In this document: one piece after another, positions 22,386 through 34,300 of the stretch
Layout: every line of letters starts with the position of its first letter
Numbering within the stretch: position 1 is the stretch's first letter
Assembly (NCBI RefSeq): GCF_009914755.1
Contig: NC_060926.1
DNA length: 64,000 nt
Strand: one strand, 5' to 3'
Origin: the human T2T-CHM13v2.0 reference genome, Homo sapiens
Program-made: the position numbers and the translations under genes
The notes under the pieces: generated by a model
Seen by the model: the letters and a program-made list of their open reading frames with translations, nothing else
What the model was told of the DNA's origin: nothing
Databases searched by the model: none

Positions 22386-25300
22386 TTACATATAAAAAGC
22401 AGTCAGCAGCATTCCCAGAAACTTCTTGGTGATGTTTGCATTCAAGTCACAGAGTTGAACATTCCCTTTCATAGAGCAGGTTTGAAACACTCTTTTTGTA
22501 GTATCTGGATGTGGACATTTGGAGCGCTTTCACGACTATGGTGAAAAAGGAAATATCTTCCCCTGAAAACTAGACAGAAGCATTCTCAGAAACTTATTTG
22601 TGATGTGCGCCCTCAACTAACAGTGTTGAACCTTTCTTTTGATAGAGCAGTTTTGAAACACTCTTTTTGTAAAATCTGCAAGAGGATATTTGGATAGCTT
22701 TGAGGATTTCGTTGGAAACGGGATTGTCTTCATATAAACTCTAGACAGAAGCATTCTCAGAAGCTTCATTGGGTTGTTTCAATTGAAGTCACAGTGTTGA
22801 ACAGTCCCTTTCATAGAGCAGGTTTGAAACACTCTTTTTGTAGTATCTGGAAGTGGACATTTGGAGCGCTCTCAGGACTGCGGTGAAAAAGGAAATATCT
22901 TCCAATAAAAGCTAGATAGAAGCAATGTCAGAAACTTTTTCATGACGTATCTACTCAGCTAACAGAGTTGAACCTTTCTTTTGAGAGAGCAGTTTTGAAA
23001 CACTCTTTTTGTGGAATCTGCAAGTGGATATTTGTTTAGCTTTGAGGATTTCGTTGGAAACGGGATTACATATAAAAACCAGACAGCAGCATTCCCAGTA
23101 ACTTCTTTGTGATGTTTGCATTCAAGTCACAGAGTTGAACATTCCCTTTCATAGAGCAGGTTTGAAACACTTTTTTTGTAGTATCTGGATGTGGACATTT
23201 GGAGCGCTTGCAGGCCTACGGTGAAAAAGGAAATATCTTCCCCTGAAAACTAGAGAGAAGCATACTCAGAATCTTATTTGTGATGTGCGCCCTCAATTAA
23301 CAGTGTTCAACCTTTCTTTTGATAGAGCAGTTTTGAAACACTCTTTTTGTAAAATCTGCAAGAGGATATTTGGATAGCTTTGAGGATTTCGTTGGAAACG
23401 GGATTGTCTTCATATAAACTCTAGACAGAAGCATTCTCAGAAGCTTCATTGGGATGTTTCAATTGAAGTCACAGTGTTGAACAGTCCCTTTCATAGAGCA
23501 GGTTTGAAACACTCTTTTTGTAGTATCTGGAAGTGGACATTTGGAGAGTTCTCAGGAATACGGTGAAAAAGGAAATATCTTCCAATAAAAGCTACATAGA
23601 AGCAATGTCAGAACCTTTTTCATGATGTATCTACTCAGCTAATAGAGTTGAACCTTTCTTTTGAGAGAGCAGTTTTGAAACACTCTTTTTGTGGAATCTG
23701 CAAGTGGATATTTGTCTAGCTTTGAGGATTTCGTTGGAAACGGGATTACATATAAAAAGCAGACAGCAGCATTCCCAGAAACTTCTTTGTGATGTTTGCA
23801 TTCAAGTCACAGAGTTGAACATTCCCTTTCATAGAGCAGATTTGAAACACACTTTTTGTAGTATCTGTATGTGGACATTTGGAGCGCTTTCAGGCCTATG
23901 GTGAAAAAGGAAATATCTTCCCCTGAAAACTAGACAGAAGCATTCTCAGAATCTTATTTGTGATGTGCGCCCTCCACTAACAGTCTTGAAGCTTTCTTTT
24001 GATAGAGCAGTTTTGAAACACTCTTTTTGTAAAATCTGCAAGAGGATATTTGGATAGCTTTGAGGATTTCGTTGGAAACGGGATTGTCTTCATATAAACC
24101 CTAGACAGAAGCATTCTCACAAGCTTCATTGGGATGTTTCAATTGAAGTCACAGTGTTGAACAGTCCCTTTCATAGAGCAGGTTTGAAACACTCTTTTTG
24201 TAGTATCTGGAAGTGGACATTTGGAGCGCTCTCAGGACTGCGGTGAAAAAGGAATTATCTTCCAATAAAAGCTAGATAGAAGCAATGTCAGAAACTTTTT
24301 CATGATGTATCTACTCAGCTAACAGAGTTGAACCTTTCTTTTGAGAGAGCAGTTTTGAAACACTCTTCTTGTGGAATCTGCAAGTGGATATTTGTCTAGC
24401 TTTGAGGATTTCGTTGGAAACGGGATTACATATAAAAAGCAGACAGCAGCATTCCCAGAAACTTCTTTGTGATATTTGCATTCAAGTCACAGAGTTGAAC
24501 ATTCCCTTTCATAGAGCAGGTTTGAAACACTCTTTTTGTAGTATCTGGATGTGGACATTTGGAGCGCTGTCAGGCCTATGGTGAAAAAGGAAATATCTTC
24601 CCCTGAAAACTAGACAGAGGCATTCTCAGAATCTTATTTGCGATGTGCGCCCTCAACTAACAGTGTTGAAGCTTTCTTTTGCTAGAGCAGTTTTTAAACA
24701 CTCTTTTTGTAAAATCTGCAAGAGGATATTTGGATAGCTTTGAGGATTTCGTTGGAAACGGGAATGTCTTCATATAAACTCTAGACAGAAGCATTCTCAG
24801 AAGCTTCATTGGGTTGTTTCAATTGAAGTCACAGTGTTGAACAGTCCCTTTCATAGAGCAGGTTTGAAACAGTCTTTTTGTAGTATCTGGAAGTAGACAT
24901 TTGGAGCACTCTCAGGACTACGGTGAAAAAGGAATTATCTTCCAATAAAAGCTAGATAGAAGCAATGTCAGAAACTTTTTCATGATGTATCTACTCAGCT
25001 AACAGAGTTGAACCTTTCTTTTGAGAGAGCAGTTTTGAAACACTCTTTTTGTGGAATCTGCAAGTGGATATTTGTCTAGCTTTGAGGATTTCGTTGGAAA
25101 CGGGATTACATATAAAAAGCAGACAGCAGCATTCCCAGTAAATTCTTTGTGATGTTTGCATTCAAGTCACAGAGTTGAACATTCCCTTTCATAGAGCAGG
25201 TTTGAAACACTTTTTTTGTAGTATCTGGATGTGGACATTTAGAGCGCTTTCAGGCCTATGGTGAAAAAGGAAATATCTTCCCCTGAAAACTAGACAGAAG

Positions 25301-28300
25301 CATTCTCAGAATCTTATTTGTGATGTGCGCCCTCAACTAACAGTGTTGAACCTTTCTTTTGATAGAGCAGTTTTGAAACACTCTTTTTGTAAAATCTGCA
25401 AGAGGATATTTGGATAGCTTTGAGGATTTCGTTGGAAACGGGATTGTCTTCATATAAACTCTAGACAGAAGCATTCTCAGAAGCTTCATTGGGATGTTTC
25501 AATTGAAGTCACAGTGTTGAACAGTCCCTTTCATAGAGCAGGTTTGAAACACTCTTTTTGTAGTATCTGGAAGTGGACATTTGGAGAGTTCTCAGGACTA
25601 CGGTGAAAAAGGAAATATCTTCCAAATAAAGCTAGATAGAAGCAATGTCAGAATCTTTTTCATGATGTATCTACTCAGCTAACAGAGTTGAACCTTTCTT
25701 TTGAGAGAGCAGTTTTGAAACACTCTTTTTGTGGAATCTGCAAGTGGATATTTGTCTAGCTTTGAGGATTTCGTTGGAAACGGGATTACATATAAAAAGC
25801 AGACAGCAGCATTCCCAGAATCTTCTTTGTGATGTTTGCATTCAAGTCACAGAGTTGAACATTCCCTTTCATAGAGCAGATTTGAAAAACTCTTTTTGTA
25901 GTATCTGGATGTGGACATTTGGAGCGCTTTCAGGCCTATGGTGAAAAAGGAAATATCTTCTCCTGAAAACTAGACAGAAGCATTCTCAGAATCTTATTTG
26001 TGATGTGCGCCCTCAACTAACAGTGTTGAAGCTTTCTTTTGATAGAGCAGTTTTGAAACACTCTTTTTGTAAAATCTGCAAGAGGATATTTGGATAGCTT
26101 TGAGGATTTCGTTGGAAACGGGTTTGTCTTCATTTAAACTCTAGACGGAAGCATTCTCAGAAGCTTCATTGGGATATTTCAATTGAAGTCACAGTGTTGA
26201 ACAGTCCCTTTCATAGAGCAGGTGTGAAACACTCTTTTTGTAGTATCTGGAAGTGGACATTTGGAGCGCTCTTAGGACTACGGTGAAAAAGGAAATATCT
26301 TCCAATAAAAGCTAGATAGAAGCAATGTCAGAAACTTTTTCATGATGTATCTACTCAGCTAACAGAGTTGAACCTTTCTTTTGAGAGAGCAGTTTTGAAA
26401 CACTCTTTTTGTGGAATCTGCAAGTGGATATTTGTCTAGCTCTGAGGATTTCGTTGGAAACGGGATTACATATAAAAAGCAGACAGCAGCATTCCCAATA
26501 ACTTCTTTGTGATGTTTGCATTCAAGTCACAGAGTTGAACATTCCCTTTCATAGAGCAGGTTTGAATCACTCTTTTTGTAGTATCTGGATGTGGACATTT
26601 GGAGCGATTTCAGGCCTATGGTGAAAAAGGAAATATCTTCCCCTGAAAACTAGACAGAAGCATTCTCAGAATCTTATTTGCAATGTGCGCCCTCAACTAA
26701 CAGTGTTGAAGCTTTCTTTTGCTAGAGCAGTTTTGAAACACTCTTTTTGTAAAATCTGCAAGAGGATATTTGGATAGCTTTGAGGATTTCGTTGAAAACG
26801 GGATTGTCTTCATATAAACTCTAGACAGAAACATTCTCAGAAGCTTCATTGGGATGTTTCAATTGAAGTCACAGTGTTGAACAGTCCCTTTCATAGAGCA
26901 GGTTTGAAACACTCTTTTTGTAGTATCTGGAAGTGGATATTTGGAGCGCTCTCAGGACTACGGTGTAAAAGGAAATATCTTCCAATAAAAGCTACATAGA
27001 AGCAATGTCAGAAACTTTTTCATGATGTATCTACTCAGCTAACAGAGTTGAACCTTTCTTTTGAGAGAGCAGTTTTGAAACACTCTTTTTGTGGAATCTG
27101 CAAGTGGATATTTGTCTAGCTTTGAGGATTTCGTTGGAAACGGGATTACATATAAAAAGCAGTCAGCAGCATTCCCAGAAACTTCTTTGTGATGTTTGCA
27201 TTCAAGTCACAGAGTTGAACATTCCCTTTCATAGAACAGGTTTGAAACACTCTTTTTGTACTATCTGGATGTGGACATTTGGAGCGCTTTCACGCCTAAG
27301 GTGAAAAAGGAAATATCTTCCCCTGAAAACTAGACAGAAGCATTCTCAGAAACTTATTTGTGATGTGCGCCCTCAACTAACAGTGTTGAAGCTTTCTTTT
27401 GATAGAGCAGTTTTGAAACACTCTTTTTGTAAAATCTGAAAGACGATATTTGGATAGCTTTGAGGATTTCGTTGGAAACAGGATTGTCTTCATATAAACT
27501 CTAGACAGAATCATTCTCAGAAGCTTCATTGGGATGTTTCAAATGAAGTCACAGTGTTGAACAGTCCCTTTCATAGAGCAGGTTTGAAACACTCTTTTTG
27601 TAGTATCTGGAAGTGGACATTTGGAGCGCTCTCAGGACTACCGTGAAAAAGGAATTATCTTCCAATAAAAGCTAGATAGAAGCAATGTCAGAAACTTTTT
27701 CATGATGTATCTACTCAGCTAACAGAGTTGAACCTTTCTTTTGAGAGAGCAGTTTTGAAACACTCTTTTTGTGGAATCTGCAAGTGGATATTTGTCTAGC
27801 TTTGAGGATTTCGTTGGAAACGGGATTACATATAAAAAGCAGACAGCAGCATTCCCAGTAACTTCTTTGTGATGTTTGCATTCAAGTCACAGAGTTGAAC
27901 ATTCCCTTTCATAGAGCAGGTTTGAAACACTTTTTTTGTAGTATCTGGATGTGGACATTTGGAGCGCATTCATGCCTATGGTGAAAAAGGAAATATCTTC
28001 CCCTGAAAACTAGACAGAAGCATTCTCAGAATCTTATTTGTGATGTGCGCCCTCAACTAACAGTGTTGAAGCTTTCTTTTGATAGAGCAGTTTTGAAACA
28101 CTCTTTTTGAAAAATCTGCAAGAGGATATTTGGATAGCTTTGAGGATTTCGTTGGAAACGGGATTGTCTTCATATAAACTCTAGACAGAAGCATTCTCAG
28201 AAGCTTCATTGGGATGTTTCAATTGAAGTCACAGTGTTGAACAGTCCCTTTCATAGAGCAGGTTTGAAACACTCTTTTTGTAGTATCTGGAAGTGGACAT

Positions 28301-31300
28301 TTGGAGCGCTCTCAGGACTGCGGTGAAAAAGGAATTATCTTCCAATAAAAGCTAGATAGAAGCAATGTCAGAAACTTTTTCATGATGTATCTACTCAGTT
28401 AACAGAGTTGAACCTTTCTTTTGAGAGAGCAGTTTTGAAACACTCTTTTTGTGGAATCTGCAAGTGGATATTTGTCTAGCTTTGAGGATTTCGTTGGAAA
28501 CGGGATTACATATAAAAAGCAGTCAGCAGCATTCCCAGAAACTTCTTTGTGATGTTTGCATTCAAGTCACAGAGTTGAACATTCCCTTTCATAGAGCAGG
28601 TTTGAAACACTCTTTTTGTAGTATCTGGATGTGGACATTTGGAGCGCTTTCAGGCCTATGGTGAAAAAGGAAATATCTTCCCCTGAAAACTAGACAGAAG
28701 CATTCTCAGAATCTTATTTCTGATGTGCGCCCTCAACTAACAGTGTTGAACCTTTCTTTTGATAGAGCAGTTTTGAAACACTCTTTTTGTAAAATCTGCA
28801 AGAGGATATTTGGATAGCTTTGAGGATTTCTTTGGAAACGGGATTGTCTTCATATAAACTCTAGACAGAAGCATTCTCAGAAGCTTCATTGGGATGTTTC
28901 AATTGAAGTCACAGTGTTGAACATTCCCTTTCATAGAGCAGGTTTGAAACAATCTTTTTGTAGTATCTGGATGTGGACATTTGGAGCGCTTTCAGGCCTA
29001 AGGTGAAAAAGGAAATATCTTCCCCTGAAAACTAGACAGAAGCATTCTCAGAAACTTATTTGTGATGTGCGCCCTCAACTAACAGTGTTGAAGCTTTCTT
29101 TTGATAGAGCAGTTTTGAAACTCTCTTTTTGTGGAATCTGCAAGTGGATATTTGTCTAGCTTTGAGGATTTCGTTGGAAACGGGATTACATATAAAAAGC
29201 AGACAGCAGCATTCCCAGAATCTTGTTTGTGATGTTTGCATTCAAGTCACAGTGTTGAACATTCCCTTTCAGAGACCAGGTTTGAAACACTCTTTTTATA
29301 GAATCTGGATGTGGACATTTGGAGCGCTTTCAGGCCTATGGTGAAAAAGGAAATATCTTCCCCTGAAAACTAGACAGAAGCATTCTCAGAATCTTATTTG
29401 TGATGTGCGCCCTCAACTAACAGTGATGAAGCTTTCTTTTGATAGAGCAGTTTTGAAACACTCTTTTTGTAAATTCTGCAAGAGGATATTTGGATATCTC
29501 TGAGGATTTCGTTGGAAACGGGATTGTCTTCATATAAACTCTAGACAGAAGCATTCTCAGAAGCTTCATTGGGATGTTTCAATTGAAGTCACAGTGTTGA
29601 ACAGTCCCTTTCATAGAGCAGGTTTGAAACACTCTTTTTGTAGTATCTGGAAGTGGACATTTGGAGCGCTCTCAGGACTACGGTGAAAAAGGAAATATCT
29701 TCCAATAAAAGCTAGATAGAAGCAATGTCGGAAACTTTTTCATGATGTATCTACTCAGCTAACAGAGTTGAACCTTTCCTTTGAGAGAGCAGTTTTGAAA
29801 CACTCTTTTTGTGGAATCTGCAAGTGGATATTTGTCTAGATTTGAGGATTTCGTTGGAAACGGGATTACATGTAAAAAGCAGACAGCAGCATTCCCAGAA
29901 ACTTCTTTGTGATGTTTGCATTCAAGTGTCAGAGTTGAACATTCCCTTTCATAGAGCAGGTTTGAAACACTCTTTTTGTAGTATCTGGATGTGGACATTT
30001 GGAGCGCTTTCAGGCCTATGGTGAAAAAGGAAATATCTTCCCCTGAAAACTAGACAGAAGCATTCTCAGAATCTTATTTGTGATGTGCGCCCTCAACTAA
30101 CAGAGTTGAAGCTTTCTTTTGATAGAGCAGTTTTGAAACACTCTTTTTGTAAAATCTGCAAGAGGATATTTGGATAGCTTTGAGGATTTCGTTGGAAACG
30201 GGATTGTCTTCATATAAACTCTAGACAGAAGCATTCTCAGAAGCTTCATTGGGATGTTTCAATTGAAGTCACAGTGTTGAACAGTCCCTTTCATAGAGCA
30301 GGTTTGAAACACTCTTTTTGTAGTATCTGGAAGTGGACATTTGGAGAGATCTCAGGAATACGGTGATAAAGGAAATATCTTCCAATAAAAGGTAGATAGA
30401 AGCAATGTCAGAAACTTTTTCATGATGTATCTACTCAGCTAAAAGAGTTGAACCTTTCTTTTGAGAGAGCAGTTTTGAAACACTCTTTTTGTGGAATCTG
30501 CAAGTGGATATTTGTCTAGCTTTGAGGATTTCGTTGGAAACGGGATTACATATAAAAAGCAGACAGCAGCATTCCCAGAAACTTCTTTGTGATGTTTGCA
30601 TTCAAGTCACAGAGTTGAACATTCCCTTTCATAGAGCAGGTTTGAAACACTCTTTTTGTAGTATCTGGATGTGGACATTTGGAGCGCTTTCAGGCCTATG
30701 GTGAAAAAGGAAATATCTTCCCCTGAAAACTAGACAGAAGCATTCTCAGAATCTTATTTGTGATGTGCGCCCTCAACTAACAGTGTTGAAGCTTTCTTTT
30801 GATAGAGCAGTTTTGAAACACTCTTTTTGTAATATCTGCAAGAGGATATTTGGATAGCTTTGAGGATTTCTTTGGAGACGGGATTGTCTTCATATAAACT
30901 CTAGACAGAAGCATTCTCAGAAGCTTCATTGGGATGTTTCAATTGAAGTCACAGTGTTGAACAGTCCCTTTCATAGAGCAGGTTTGAAACACTCTTTTTG
31001 TAGTATCTGGAATTGGACATTTGGAGCGCTCTCCGGACTACGGTGAAAAAGGAAATATCTTCCAATAAAAGCTACATAGAAACAATGTCAGAAACTTTTT
31101 CATGATGTATCTACTCAGCTAACAGAGTTGAACCTTTCTTTTGAGAGAGCAGTTTTGAAACACTCTTCTTGTGGAATCTGCAAGTGGATATTTGTCTAGC
31201 TTTGAGGATTTCGTTGGAAACGGGATTACATATAAAAAGCAGACAGCAGCATTCCCAGAAACTTCTTTGTGATGTTTGCATTCAAGTCACAGAGTTGAAC

Positions 31301-34300
31301 ATTCCCTTTCATAGAGCAGGTTTGAAACACTCTTTTTGTAGTATCTGGATGTGGACATTTGGAGCGCTTTCAGGCCTATGGTGAAAAAGGAAATATCTTC
31401 CCCTGAAAACTAGACAGAAGCATTCTCAGAATCTTATTTGTGATGTGCGCCCTCAACTAACAGTGTTGAAGCTTTCTTTTGATAGAGCAGTTTTGAAACA
31501 CTCTTTTTGTAAACTCTGCAAGAGGATATTTGGATAGCTTTGAGGATTTCGTTGGAAACGGGATTGTCTTCATATAAACTCTAGACAGAAGCATTCTCAG
31601 AAGCTTCATTGGGATGTTTCTATTGAAGTCACAGTGTTGAACAGTCCCTTTCATAGAGCAGGTTTGAAACACTCTTTTTGTAGTATCTGGAACTGGACAT
31701 ATGGAGAGATCTCAGGAATATGTTGATAAAGGAAATATCTTCCAACAAAAGCTAGATAGAAGCAATGTCAGAAACTTTTTCATGATGTATCTACTCAGCT
31801 AACAGAGTTGAACCTTTCTTTTGAGAGTGCAGTTTTGGAACACTCTTTTTGTGGAATCTGCAAGTGGATATTTGTCTAGCTTTGAGGATTTCGTTGGAAA
31901 CGGGATTACATATAAAAAGCAGACAGCAGCATTCCCAGAAATTTCTTTGTGATGTTTGCATTCAAGTCACAGAGTTGAACATTGCCTTTCATAGAGCAGG
32001 TTTGAAACACTCTTTTTGTAGTATCTGGATGTGGACATTTGGAGCGCTTTCAGGCCTATGGTGAAAAAGGAAATATCTTCCCCTGAAAACTAGACAGAAG
32101 CATTCTCAGAATCTTATTTGTGATGTGCGCCCTCAACTATCAGTGTTGAAGCTTTCTTTTGATAGAGCAGTTTTGAAACACACTTTTTGTAAAATCTGCA
32201 AGAGGATATTTGGATAGCTTTGAGGATTTCGTTGGAAACGGGATTGTCTTCATATAAACTCTAGACAGAAGCATTCTCAGAAGCTTCATGGGATGTTTCA
32301 ATTGAAGTCACAGTGTTGAACAGTCCCTTTCATAGAGCTGGTTTGAAACACTCTTTTTGTTGTATCTGGATGTGGACATTTGGAGAGATCTCAGGAATAC
32401 GGTGATAAAGGAAATATCTTCCAATAAAAGCTAGATAGAAGCAATGTCAGAAACTTTTTCATGATGTATCTACTCAGCTAACAGAGTTGAACCTTTCTTT
32501 TGAGAGAGCAGTTTTGGAACACTCTTTTTGTGGAATCTGCAAGTGGATATTTGTCTAGCTTTGAGGATTTCGTTGGAAACGGGATTACATATAAAAAGCA
32601 GACAGCAGCATTCCCAGAAATTTCTTTGTGATGTTTGCATTCAAGTCACAGAGTTGAACATTCCCTTTCATAGAGCAGGTTTGAAACAATCTTTTTGTAG
32701 TATCTGGAATTGGACATTTGGAGAGATCTCAGGAATACGGTGATAAAGGAAATATCTTCCAATAAAAGCTAGATAGAAGCAATGTCAGAAACTTTTTCAT
32801 GATGTATCTACTCAGCTAACAGAGTTGAAACTTTCTTTTGAGAGAGCAGTTTTGAAACACTCTTTTTGTGGAATCTGCAACTGGATATTTGTCTAGCTTT
32901 GAGGATTTCGTTGGAAACGGGATTACATATAAAAAGCAGACAGCAGCATTCCCAGAAATTTCTTTGTGATGTTTGCATTCAAGTCACAGAGTTGAACATT
33001 CCCTTTCATAGAGCAGGTTTGAAACACTCTTTTTGTAGTATCTGGATGTGGACATTTGGAGCGCTTTCAGACCTATGGTGAAAAAGGAAATATCTTCCCC
33101 TGAAAGCTAGACAGAAGCATTCTCAGAATCTTATTTGTGATGTGCGCCCTCAACTAACAGTGTTGAAGCTTTCTTTTGATAGAGCAGTTTTGAAACACTC
33201 TTTTTGTAAAATCTGCAGAGGATATTTGGATAGCTTTGAGGCTTTCGTTGGAAACGGGATGGTCTTCATACAAAATCTAGACAGAAGCATTCTCAGAAGC
33301 TTCATTGGGATGTTTCAATTGAAGTAACAGTGTTGAACAGTCCCTTTCATAGAGCAGGTTTGAAACACTCTTTTTGTAGTATCTGGAAGTGGACGTTTGG
33401 AGAGTTCTCAGGAATACGGTGATAAAGGAAATATCTTCCAATAAAAGCTAGATAGAAGCAATGTCAGAAACTTTTTCATGATGTATCTACTCAGCTAACA
33501 GAGTTGAACCTTTCTTTTGAGAGAGCAGTTTTGAAACACTCTTTTTCTGGAATCTGCAAGCGGATATTTTTCTAGCTTTGAGGATTTCGTTGGAAACGGG
33601 ATTACCTATAAAAAGCAGACAGCAGCATTCCCAGAAACTTCTTTGTGATGTTTGCATTCAAGTCACAGAGTTGAACATTGCCTTTCATAGAGCAGGTTTG
33701 AAACACTCTTTTTGTAGTATCTGGATGTGGACATTTGGAGCGCTTTCAGGCCTATGGTGAAAAAGGAAATATCTTCCCCTGAAAACTAGACAGAAGCATT
33801 CTCAGAATCTTATTTGTGATGTGTGCCCTCAACTATCAGTGTTGAAGCTTTCTTTTGATAGAGCAGTTTTGAAACACACTTTTTGTAAAATCTGCAAGAG
33901 GATATTTGGATAGCTTTGAGGATTTCGTTGGAAACGGTATTGTCTTCATATAAACTCTAGACAGAAGCATTCTCAGAAGCTTCATTGGGATGTTTCAATT
34001 GAAGTCACAGTGTTGAACAGTCCCTTTCATAGAGCAGGTTTGAAACACTCTTTTTGTAGTATCTGGAAGTGGACATGTGGAGAGATCTCAGGAATACGGT
34101 GATAAAGGAAATATCTTCCAATAAAAGCTAGATAGAAGCAATGTCAGAAACTTTTTCATGATGTATCTACTCAGCTAACAGAGTTGAACCTTTCTTTTGA
34201 GAGAGCAGTTTTGAAACACTCTTTTTGTGGAATCTGCAAGCGGATATTTTTCTAGCTTTGAGGATTTCGTTGGAAACGGGATTACATATAAAAAGCAGAC

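Noticed and set aside
22385-22900. TATA-like (CATATAAAA) and polyadenylation-like (AATAAA) motifs in every unit
   Set aside because: These are intrinsic to the AT-rich monomer consensus. Alpha-satellite transcription is known, but sequence alone cannot support specific promoter or terminator calls.
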